Below, one piece after another: positions 22,934 through 34,390 of a DNA stretch of 64,000 bases (positions within the stretch are counted from its first letter, which is position 1; every line of letters starts with the position of its first letter). Under the pieces are notes generated by a model. That model saw only the letters and a program-made list of their open reading frames with translations. It was not told where the DNA came from and ran no database searches. A program made the position numbers and the translations under genes. The stretch comes from Amphiscolops sp. MND2022 (lineage: Eukaryota), in the NCBI GenBank assembly GCA_964187785.1, contig OZ076410.1:51150001-51214000 (forward strand). Direction: 5' to 3'.

Positions 22934-25900
22934 ATGGATCCCCGAACCGCAGGAAGTCGAGAGGGCAGCAGACTCCTCGGAAGGAACTTGCTAAATGGGG
23001 CTACAAATCACCAACGTCTACTTCTCCTTGTAAGACCCGATTACTGTTTTAATTTGGAATTTGTGGTTTGAATTTTTTCTGATCAGAAACAAATTTTAGT
23101 CTGAATAGCTGACCAGGCTCAACAGTGAAAACTGATTTAATCTTGATGAAAATTAATTCTTGAACTTCTTTAGGAGTTTTTCTACATCCGGTTTGGTTTC
23201 GAGTTACTTCCGCCCGTTTTGAAACTTCCTTTCACCGCGTCCGGATTCAGTTCTTCCACAGTACTAGTTTTGCTCAATAGAATTTTCATTTATATTGACA
23301 TTAAATTGATCTGTTTCAGTTGGCTTCGGATCCACACAGAAATCGCCGGCTAGGTCCCCTACAAAAGTGTACAATCTACTTGAAGTTGCCGCTGTTGAAT
23401 CAGAGAGCCCCCCTCAGATAATACAATCTACTTCTGGAAATATCGCTACTTCAATCCCAGAAACTGTTGTAAATCCTGCTGATCCTGCTCGACCAATTGA
23501 AGAGTCCGCAACTCGAAATGATGACGGAATTGAACAAGTAGTCGCGGATGATTTAAATACATCTTTATCTCCAAAAGTGCTTGCTATCCAAAAGGCTACA
23601 GAGACAAACAAAGGAGATTCGCCGCAGAGCCCTGATTGTAACGTAAGTCCGCTATTGCACAACTTTTTGTCAATGGCTGTCGATGACGCTTTCATGGAAG
23701 ACGTTACTAAAGCCGCTGACGCTTTGAACAGCTGTCAAACTACTTCGCCTAGATTTTCTTCTTTTCTACACCGGACAGAGGAAACTGAGTTGCCCACAGA
23801 AGCTCCTCAAATGATTGGCCTTGAAACTTCACCTAATGAGACAACGCCGGAGAACCCGCTCGGAGAGTTTCCACCCACCACCGAGAATCCTGGACCAAGC
23901 ACGGTGGAACCACCAAAAATGGTCATCACCAGACGGGAAGTGCTGGCCATAACAAACATTTTGGGAAGGAGCCCTCAAACCGTATTAAATGAGCCAGATC
24001 CGGCCTCAACTAGCAATTTCACCTTCAGCGTATTTGAAGATCCACCAGTTTCACCCAACAAAGGACCCACAATAGAACCCTCAGCCAGGACTGATGACCG
24101 TGATTTAGAGGAGCCAATGACTCAATCAAGTTGTGAGGATGTGCCTGTCTCCAGCGGTAAGCCACGCAGACCCAAATACTCTCTGAGGACCGACATGATG
24201 CGCAAACAGCGGTGCTCAAATTCTTTGCCACAGGGCCGATAGACCGCCAGAAGACGCCATACAAGTGGTTTTGTCGAGAATGCCGGGTAGAGTTATCCCT
24301 CATGAGTAGAGGTGTCCTTGAACTGATCTCCCATTTGAGAATTGACTCTCATTTGGTTAAAGAGCACCGGATTAGGCTAGAAACACCTGGGGCAACAAAA
24401 AGCGTTTATTTGTTAGTTTACCTCTATTTTTCTTTATCATTTAGTCAGGTCTGTTCCTAGGTAAATCGTAGTTTGATTTGCAGGGCATCACCATTTTCAT
24501 GTTTCGTGAGTTACTACAACATTGTGTCACTTCGATTTCTGGCAATGAGACGTTTTCTTTGTCTTTCCAAAGTGACCAATTCGAGACCCACATCTTTCTA
24601 ACTATCTGGGCTGGCAACGTCTTCTACCAAGTTTGCCTTGGAACTGGTCCTCGAGGGACTTTAGTCCCAAAGAAAATGATGGGATTTATAGCTTCCTTCT
24701 TGAGTCTCTTTGATAAACATCCAACTTGCATCTGTCTCATCGATTGTCCGGACAGACTCAATTCCTGCCTCGAATCTTCTTTACCAGGTCGATTGCGATC
24801 TACTTCCGTGAATGGTTTCAGTCCTAACATGTTGGAACGTTGTCTCTTTCTACCTACTTCCCGAATCCTAGAGAGACACGATTACCGCACTATCTTGGAT
24901 TTTCTACTAAGGAAACTGCGGCCCGCGCTGGATAGAGACTGGCTCCAGTCGCTACCGACCCTTCATAAGGTACAATTTGATTCGCACAATTTGTGTGGCT
25001 GTTATGTTTCTTGTTTTGAAAATCATTTGTTTTGCAGTGTGTGATTGCCCTTTCGTACACTCCAACGGACGCCTCGATCTTGATTGAAACCCTGTCAGTT
25101 CACTCGGATAAAATCCTCGACCATCTGAACCGAGAGTCCAGACTCCCTTGCTACCGGTTCCACATGCGAGAGGTTTGCATTGTATCTTTTCAGACTATTG
25201 TACCCGTGTTTCTTAATCTAAATTTCCTCTTGTCGTTATAGTCCAACACCCTTGACGAGTGCTTTCGCCTTGACACGGCATACCTGCCCAGAATGTTTAT
25301 CATTCGATGTGTCTTTGACCACTGTTAGTACAAATTTTATAAATATCCCAATTTTTCATACGATGGTCTTTTATCCGAGATTTATTTTGATCATTTCCAC
25401 ATCTTTATTCGGCATATGCTTGTTACTTTCGCCCAACAAAGGATTTCTTCCAAGTCGTATTCCGTGTTCCTTGCGTTTTTCACCTTGGCCTAATGATTTG
25501 TGTAATCTACACGAGCTCATAGGTGTGATTGCTCTTTTTGTCTTTTAACTTTGCGATTAATCTCCAAAATCCGCAGGATGCCGTATATGTGGCATCACAA
25601 TTTCTGCATGATACCGCATAATTAGCTTTCACTATCCGCGTAGTGGTGGAGGCTCGTTATCTGTAATCCGCATAAAATAGTGTATTCATCAGTTAGATCA
25701 TAGTCCGCTTGCGCTTCCATTGGTTGTAATCCGCATAGTGACGCATAGTCACCGGCTGGAATCCGCATAGTGATGCATAGTCACCGGCTGAAATCCTCAT
25801 GGTGATGCAAATGCGTTATTTTAAAACCGCATAGTGACGTTTAGTCATCTGCTGATAACCGTATAGTAATGTATGGGCGCCATTTCAAAACTGTCTAATG

Positions 25901-26862
25901 ACGTAATATTAATTTAATGTTGGTGTAGAATGACAATTTGCGTTTATCTTCGATGGTATTTGACTTGAGCTACATTGATCCATTTTATATCTTTCATGTT
26001 TCAGACAATTCGGCATTCTCAGAGACCCGCAATCAATTCGATGCTGGATTTAGGCTATACAATCAGTCTGCTGTTTTTGTCTATAGCCAACTCCAGACGA
26101 TTCTGCATGATAGTGTTCTTGGCAATATCTCCGATTGGGAACGATACCTGAGCCTTGATTTGAATCGACCGATTTGCCCTTTAAAACTGCCGATGAGTTT
26201 GTTCTTAACGAAGCTTATCACCGACTCGTTACCACAAGCAAGCTTCCGCGTCCCAGCAAGTTTGTTGATCAGACCATATCCTTTTGCAAATACTTTTGTG
26301 GGATTCTTTTGCCGCACGAGACGGTTAAATCCAGTTTAAATCCACCACGAAACTTAGAGCCTGTGGTGTTCGTCAACCATAAGACTGGTTACAGTTTTTG
26401 GTTTCGCACTATGAGTTGCAGTGCCGACCCGAGTTGTATCAGCTATTCAAATGTGCCAGTTAATGCTTACCTCCTTTGGTTCGAATTCCTGAACCGTTTG
26501 TCATCGCTATTCCAGAATTAGGAACAGATGAAGATGTCTTTCGCTCTTGTGTGGGCAGTGTGCAGATATCGTTTACCACTGTACCCAACGGGTCAAGTCT
26601 GTATCAGGATCCGCGATCCATTTACCGTGTTTTCCGACTATTGGGTAGTGGAAAGGATTTACTCCATGACCGCAAGTTCTCAGTCTGGAATTTTCTGAAT
26701 GGAGCAGTGCTAGAAGAGCGATTTTACAAAATTCGTTTGAAGCTAATTACAAGAAGGTCCTTTTCACTCCTCCCAGTTTATGTCTCCCTGACGATGGTGA
26801 TGTTACCTGTGGTACTAACTCTGGCACGAGCAACAGTTCACCATCTCCGCGTTCAGTCTTGA
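22934..26862 (+). pseudogene. Antisense, spliced cargo gene of element 1: S/P/E-rich N-terminus, CxxC...H...H zinc finger, large C-terminal domain
   Basis: Frame-preserving intron 23030-23319 (GTAAGA...TTTCAG) joins KSPTSTSP to FGFGSTQK and the 23367 ORF; zinc finger FCRECRVELSLMSRGVLELISHLRIDSH; later ORF pieces at 24478-26862. Confidence 0.65.
25570..25865 (+). repeat. Cluster of CCGCATA motifs with a ~31-bp tandem unit
   Basis: ATCCGCATAGTGA(C/T)GCATAGTCACCGGCTG repeated; about 9 CCG(C/T)ATA-like sites. Confidence 0.8.
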
Positions 26863-27200
26863 GGAAGGCGACTATTTCATTGTCGCGCTGTTCCATTGTT
26901 GAACCTCATGCTCAAAAATCGAAGGATAAGGGAGCGAAGAACAAAAAGAACTAATTTTCTTTCGTGTGAGCTTCCAAGTTGATTTCGTTTATTTTTATTT
27001 TTTTTTATAATTCTGTGTCATTGTATTTAATATTCCATCGGTATTATTGTTTTGTGATGGACATTGCGTAGAATAAAACTGTTTCAATCAGAGAAAAAGA
27101 TAGACTGGATGGAAAGAAATTGTTGTCAGTCTGTGTGTTTCTGTTAGTATCTGTAAGAGTCAGAGTAATTTGGATTGGGGTTAGGTCGTAAGTTGTATTT

Positions 27201-30200
27201 TTAACCACGAGCATTTCTGGGTTCTTCTTGCAATGGGGTATTTTCAGAATTTTTTGGGGTTTTTTGGGTTTGTATTTCTGGTAAATTTTCGTTTGGGGTT
27301 TTTTGATAAACTTCTGCTTCATCATCACATGTTTCTTGTGGTATTTCCTCATGATTTTTTTCTTCGCTTTCAGTGGACTGCTCCACTGGTATCCCCGCAC
27401 TTTTTTCTGGAAGATTGAGGGAGGGAGGGTGGTTATTTTTAGGTACTCCAATAGGTACATATTCGACGTCATCATTGTTTTGTGTATAATCTGAAGGAAT
27501 ATCCTCGAATGGGTTAGGTCCAAAGTTTGTGTTCCAAGATTGTGCATATAAATCATCATGAGCCACTGGCATTTGATAATCTTTCTGCCAATCAGATTCT
27601 CGGACAAAAATATCGGCTAAAGGTGCTTGCGTGTGAATTTTCTCAACCGAATTCTGTGTAGGAGTTGTGGTTTATTTGTTCCTAGTCTCCTAACTATATA
27701 ATTATTATTAGGAAGGACTTTCTCAACTTTGTAAGGACCCTGCCATCTGAATTCTCCAAATGGGATTTTCGTTGCTTGTGTGTCAGTTTTCGGGTTTAAG
27801 ATGTAATAGTTGTCTGTTGTTTCTAACGGTGATGCTTTTGCTTTCCTATCGTATTAGGCTTTATATTTAAGGTAGGATTGCATTATGTTCTTTTTGGTCT
27901 GGTCTAGTAGTATTCTCATTCTTCTTTGTATTTCGGATTAGGATTGTATCCCAACTTATAATCTAGTTTGTTGTGTGGTATGCGCCCGTGAAAAACTCGT
28001 GAAGGCTCGCAATCAAGTGATGCATGATAGGTTGTGTTGTGACTTAGTACTGCTAACCGGAGGAATTTATGCCAGTTATGTCGAAATTCCCCAGGTGCTG
28101 CTTTGAGTTGAGTTTTTACTGAAGCATGGGTTTTTCCCAGGAGTCCTATTGTTTGAGCATGTTTCATTGTTGCATGTTTAAGCTCAACACCTAGGACAGC
28201 TGTAACTTCGTGGGTTACTTGGGCATTAAATTGTGTGCCAAGATCTGTGATGATTGTTGTTGGAAGGTAGGTATGTTTGCATAGAATGTCCATTATGACT
28301 CGAGCCACTGATGTTGCAGTGATGCGAGCTACTGGGTATGCAAACTGATATCGAGAGAAAACATCGATTGCAGTTATTATGTGGTCGTATCCACCACTTG
28401 GTGGGAGGTTTGGTAGAGTTTCCATTTGAAGGATGTTTTCAGGGCCAAGGTCCCATTCAGGGCAATTACGTAATTCGGTCCTGAGGAGGTCATTGTTGAT
28501 TCTTTTGGTTTGTATGCAGGTTTGGCAGTTACTAACCCATTTTTTAATGTGTTTTGCAATACGTGGGTAGTAGTATTTCTGCCTTACTTCTTGTACATTC
28601 TTTGTGATGCCTGGATGGTTTGAGTTGTGACCATGTAAGGCTTGGAGTAGTTCTTCTCATTGTGAGTTTCTGATTGAGCCTGATTTTTCACGTTTTGTTT
28701 TTCTTCCCAAAGTCTGTTTTCATCAAATTCATCATCTGGGAGGATGTAGATCTGTTCATCTTCTACTATACCCGATGATTGTATGTTGACTTCTATTGCC
28801 CTCGTTTGAATATCATTACGTATGCTCATTTCGAGTTTCTCGACTGGATTAACTTCTGTTCTGGATAGGAAATCAGCTGCGGTGTTCATTGAACCAGTGA
28901 CATGGGCAATGACGAAATTTTATTGCAAGACACATTCACATGCATACCAAAGTGCTGGAGGGATGAGTTTTGCTTGAAAGAAACGGGTAACTGATCTGTT
29001 GCCCGTGAACACTATGACTGGGAAAGTGCTGCCTCACATAAGGTGTCCAAACTCAACGAAGGCAAAGTAAATGGAAAGTAATTCTTTTGCGTATTTTGAC
29101 AATTTCGTTTGCGTTGGAATAAAAAATTTAGAGCCAAATGCGATTGGTGCATATGTTTTGCGTTTGGACTGGAGTTTTTGGTTAGGGTCATCTTCTATCA
29201 TAAAAGCATATCCTGCTGCTGTAAAGCTTGCATCAGACATGACAATGAGCTTTTTGTCTTTGAGAGGTTGTCTCAGGGCTAATTGGCATGAGTTTTTGAG
29301 ACGTTTGTTCAGGTTGGTGAAATCATCCACCAAATTCGTGGGTATGTAGAATTTGGAGGTTTCTTTGAGAAGTTTGAAGAATGGAGAAAGACGTTCGGGG
29401 AGTCTCAGGATGTAATTGCGGTAATAGTTTAGGAATCCTATATATCTCTGGGGTGCTTTCTTGGATTTGGGCAATCTCAGTTTCGATAAGAAATCTTTGA
29501 CTTCGTCGGCTTGCGGTGCAACGCCTTCGGGTGTAATTGTGCGACCTACGAAGACAACTTGTTTGACTCCGAAGTGGCATTTGGACATGCATTTCTGATG
29601 CATTGGAAAACTGTTCTGACGTTGGCGCACAACTGTTTCGCATCGTTTGCTGCTATGTCGATATCATCGACATATTGTGCACATTGATCGGCTTTGATTG
29701 CCCTGTCAAGGTACTCTCTCATGAAGCTTGAAAAGGTCGAGAGAGATCTGCTAAGTCCTTGGGCGAGTCGTCGATAGGCGAAAGTTCGGCTTGCGAAGTT
29801 GAAGGCAAGCATCTGGATGGATTGGTAATCGGCCATTTAAAGGCAGTGGTAAGCTTACGAGCAGTCTAATTTGTAGAAAAATTTCTTGTCTGCCATATGT
29901 TGTGCTGCATCCGATAGTGTGCTTACAGGCTGGTTCTTGTTGATGTAGTCTTCGGTGATTAGGATGTTGATTTTCCTGAGATCTACTATTAGTCTGACTC
30001 GTCTGAGTAGTCTGCACGAAAATTGGACTGGCGTATTTAGAAAAGGGTAGTGTTGTCATGATTCCATATTTATGTAGAAGTGCCAGTTCTACCGTAATGT
30101 CATCTTTGAGATTAAGTGGTGTTGGTAAACTTTGGTTATATGCTGGTCTGTCATCATTCGGTGTGAGCTTGACCTTGAATTCACGATTGGTGTCAATGTC

Positions 30201-31260
30201 GAATCGGTCTCTGGCAAAAATGTCGTGAAAGTCAATGAGAATTTCTTCGATTTGTTTCCGCTCATCGGTAGTGAGGGTTGTGTCGGTCCAGTCGAAATTT
30301 GAGAGGAATGATTTTCTTGATTCTTCATTATCTTGAGGGTTGAGCTCTTCACGCTCTCTCAGTTCGAGGAGTTCATTGTAGATTCGTTGTTGGATTGGAG
30401 TATATGTTGTAGGATCCCCTGGTTCTTCTGGTGTTGGGAGCCGATAGGATTCTTGTTCAGGGTTTTGTGATGGAACTTTCAGGAGTTCGTTTATGTAGAT
30501 CTCAGTTGTATCTTCATGTTGTATCATGAATGATAACATTGCTGCGTCTACAGGTTGTATATGTTTGATTTGTTCTGTTGTGAGGACTTTGAATCTGCTG
30601 AATAGGTATCGCAGATTATTGTATATGGGAGTTCTGAGAAGTTAATTATTTGGTACCCGATGGCATTATTGTTGACCGTGCCTAGTGACGATGTGATGAA
30701 AATGCTGTCGTGATTTTCAAATTGTGGTGAAGGTGTGACTATTCCTGTTGCATCATGGTCTAACAGGTGTGGCATTCTGCTTGCTGTGGCAAGAGTTTCG
30801 CCTGGTTGTAGGATGTATGTATTTTCAGCAAACAAGGGCGTTGCTTGACGTAATGTTACTTGCATGTCTTGTTTTATTTGCATTGAAAAGTATGGAATGG
30901 AAAAGTTAAGATGCCTTGTGTGACTTCAAAAACTGCATTGTTTCTGCGAAGGAAGCAGAGACCAATTAGTGGGTTTGGAAGGTTTTTCATGATGATGAAG
31001 TTTTCTCGTAACATGAAATCAGCCACTTCGAATTCGAGTAGTACTGTGCCAATTGGTACTTCTAATTGACCATTGGCCACCATAATTTGGAACTTTGGCG
31101 GTGGGCCAGTATCTTTTCTTTTATTGCTACATTGGCAATCAATTTGATTTTGTTAAGGTCTTGTTCAGAAATGGCACTAGTCAGGGCTCCTGTGTCAATG
31201 ATTCCATCAATTGTGAGTTTTTCGAAATCCATTGGCATTTAAAACATGTGGCGTTTTTGT
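27201..31260 (-). pseudogene. pol: Pol of element 1 (protease, spacer, RT, RNase H, integrase), multiply frameshifted
   Basis: Protease DTGA at ~31190; RT QYVDD at ~29665-29675; RNase H VMSDASF; integrase IITAIDVFSRY / IITDLGTQF; deletion removes part of the RH-IN linker. Confidence 0.92.
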
Positions 31261-31654
31261 TTCAATGTTAGCGAGGTTGACATAGGTAGGTATGACAGGT
31301 TGCGTTCCTGATCAAACTGGATGTGGTTTAAGATGTCTTCATCTAGAAGAGGTTGTTTTTGTTAATTGCAAGAAAAGGTGTTCGGGTGGTGAGTTTCTGG
31401 TGATTTGTCTGTAGGTACGGGAGAGATTTGAGTGTTGTCTGCAAAATACTTTTCGGGAGCATCTCTCATAAGTTCGTAGTATGATTCCTGTGGGGGTTCA
31501 TCGTTGTCAGAGTGATTATGTGTCTGGGGTGTGTAGTCTGGTTCTGTAGTCAGTTGTTTGAGCTGTATATTTATTGGTTCCACGTGACGCTGCCAGTCGT
31601 CTTGTGGTTTTGTAGTTGTTATTTGGGCGTTTTGGTTGTTAAGGCGTGGCGTTT

Positions 31655-33347
31655 CTAGTTTGAATCCTTGAAAGAGGATTGTTGAGGTCGTTCTGTTTTT
31701 CGTTTTATGGGTTTTTGAGCTTGTTTGTAAGCGTCGATATCTTTATTAAGGGCGTCAGTGAGATTCCACTTAGGTGGACGGTTTTGCATGTTGGCGCCGA
31801 AATAGCTATTTTCTTCTTCATGAGCGGGTGTATTGCAGTTTTTACATTTTTCTGCATCCCGATCTTCTTCAAATTTGCGTCGTTTTGCTAGTTTGGGGCA
31901 ATCAGTCATCGTGTGGCCCATCTCTTTGCAATAACGGCACTGGTCATTTTTGAGTGTCTTGTTAGGTACTGTTTTTGGAGTTTTGGAATGTTCATTTTGT
32001 TTTTTAGTTGCCTTTTCAGCATTTTGTTCTTTTTTGGTGACGGTCATTCGGGTTTTGACCGAGAGTTCTCTGCCTCCAAACCGTTTAGTTTCATCTCCCT
32101 CTCGAGATGTTTTACGATCTGGTCGTATGTTCCGTTCTCGAGATAGGCTTGACTGATGGATTTCTTCAGGTGAGTGGGCATCTTTGCGTACAGTAAGTTC
32201 TCTATCATCTAGTGTGCGTTGTCTCCAAATGATTTTTCGGCACCTTCTTGGAGCTCCTCTAGAAAGTCCGGTAGCTTTTGATTTTCGGGATCAAAGGAAG
32301 GTCTATTAAATCTGAGCTTTGCTGAGGCACTGGACTCCGGTTTTACATATTTTCTGCGAAAGACTTTTAGAATATCCTCCAGTGTTGTGGTTGGCGTTCT
32401 TTGTATGTTTTTGAATGTTTTAGGGCCAAACCCCTGAGGTGAGCGTGAAAGTGGTAAAATTTCATTTCCTCAGTTAGATTCGGCTGCATTCGAAGCGTTG
32501 TGTGGAACAAGTCTTCGAAGTATTCGAATTCCTCATTTTTCCCATTTTTTCCGTTGAATGTTAGTGCGTTTTTGGGGTGAAAAAGTGATTGTTGGGGGGT
32601 TTCATTTGCCAGTTTTTCTATTGCAAGTGCAATTTGGTTGACTGGTTCGAGGGGTTTGTTTGTCAATGTTGACGTTGTTTGGTCTGCGTGGGATCCAACT
32701 GTATCATTTAATGACTGGGGATTTTGCGAGCTCTGTCTATGGAGTTGTCGGTTAGGTCCTGTCACCATGTGATAATCCTCCTCCTCGAAGTCCTCATTTG
32801 AAATGATTGTTTCGTTTATGTTTTGTATGTTTTGATGAATTGGTCTAGCAGGATTCCTAAGTTCATGCATTTCTGAGGCCCTCAGTGGATGATCATCTTC
32901 GTCTTCTGTATCTAAGTTTTCTATGTTAGATGCGTGAACTCCATTAAACCTAATACTTTGGGATCCCGAAGGTTGAGAGTTTTGTATTCCGTCAATTGCA
33001 GATCTGGGAGTTGTTATTGTTGATGTTGTTTTGTTTGTCCTTATTTCTTTCAAATTTGCATCAAACTTGTTTTCCATCTCCTCTCTCATTTTCATTATCC
33101 TGTCATTGTTCGTTTGTTCAAAGTTTCCTGTCCAAACTTGGATCTCGTTTCTGATTTGGGTAGGTTCTATTAGATTAGATCTGCTTTCGTTTTCACCTAA
33201 AGGTTCCTGAATAACAGTGCTAACATTAGTTAAAGTTTCATTACCTGGAATTGATGTTTCTACTTGTGCTTCACCCAAATCTCGGTCAGGTGATGATGTA
33301 TCATTTCTTCTGCATCTCCTGTTTCTCTTATTTCCCATTGTTCTCAA
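31655..33347 (-). pseudogene. gag: Gag of element 1 (starts inside the 5' LTR; frameshifted)
   Basis: 326-aa ORF ...FEYFEDLFHTTLRMQPNLTEE...; continues after a frameshift as NQKLPDFLEELQE...HLEREM; zinc knuckle CRYCKEMGHTMTDC. Confidence 0.85.
32757..32767 (-). promoter_or_regulatory. Primer-binding site TGGTGACAGGA of element 1
   Basis: Abuts the LTR-terminal CA; identical 11-mer in element 2; complementary to a tRNA ending ...UCCUGUCACCA (tRNA-Leu-like by inference). Confidence 0.8.
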
Positions 33348-34390
33348 GTGAAAATGTATTGGGTTTGCTGGGGAAGAATTTCAATTTATTCAAAGGGTTT
33401 TGAGAAAACAAGTTGAAAAGATAGATCAAAGGTTGATTGCAAAACTGTTTTTTACAAAACTTGGATGTATAACTTTAAGCAACTGCTTCTGACGGTGGTA
33501 TTTCCAAAGAATGATTGGGTACTAAACTTTTAGGTCCCGAGAAAAATGACAGGGGTTACACTCATAATTATGGGTGTCATGGTCTCCAATATATATAAAA
33601 AGAATTACGTCAAATGTCGTAATCCTATTTATAGCTCCAAATATACATTACATGACAAGCAGAAACAAGTATTCTACAACTACAGCAAAAACCCTGGAAA
33701 TCCGCACAATAACGTATATTCGCTTTTCTTTTTCCGCATAAAAACGCATGTTTACATTGCAACAATGGTATAGCGCCGTATAAAGAATAATGTGGAAAAC
33801 CGCATGTTGACGCATGTCCCCGGCGATTTTCCGGATAGTGACGTATAAATAGCACTGTATCACTGTATGAAAGTAATTATTGATCTTCGCGTAATGCCGC
33901 ATATGCGGTAGCAAAGTTCCACATAATGCAGTACATGTGTCTGGAAATTTCAGTATGGTAACGCATAATGAATATTTAAAAACAGCACAAAGAAGTATAT
34001 TCGTTTCCACATTTTCGTACAGTGACGCATGTCTAGTGTTCAGACAAGTCACGTACCAATCTGATACCAATTTACATTCATACAAACAATTCAAATTCAC
34101 CAAAATGAGTCATCAGATTAGGTTACGATTAATGGTAAAGAATCAATAAAACACTTATGATGAATGTATCTTAATTTGCTGTCACCTTTGCACATCAATA
34201 GGAGAAAAATACAAAACCAAATATATGCATGACATCAGTTCACAGCTAGAACAAATAACGAGACATAAAAGTAGGTGTTTAGACAGTTTGCAAGGTTTCA
34301 TTAGGGCAAGTTTTGTCTCTTTGGGCTGCATCAGTTGTTCTCTTTTTCACTCTTGCACAACAGGTCCAGAGCAACCATGAGGCTGCGACA
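32768..34390 (-). repeat. 5' LTR of element 1 (1623 bp)
   Basis: Minus strand TGTCGCAGCC...GATTATCACA, followed directly by TGGTGACAGGA. Confidence 0.93.

Larger units (their letters stand above)
19056..34390 (-). mobile_element. Full-length Ty3/Gypsy LTR retrotransposon (element 1, 15.3 kb, decayed)
   Basis: Paired LTRs with TG...CA ends; 5-bp TSD TCGAC at 19051-19055 and 34391-34395; PBS; domain order Gag-PR-RT-RH-IN. Confidence 0.95.

Noticed and set aside
23414-23695. Short ORFs opposite recognisable genes (also 41507-41977, 50036-50296, 52922-53224, 37678-38010 and many others)
   Set aside because: Antisense shadows of real coding sequence, with no independent motifs
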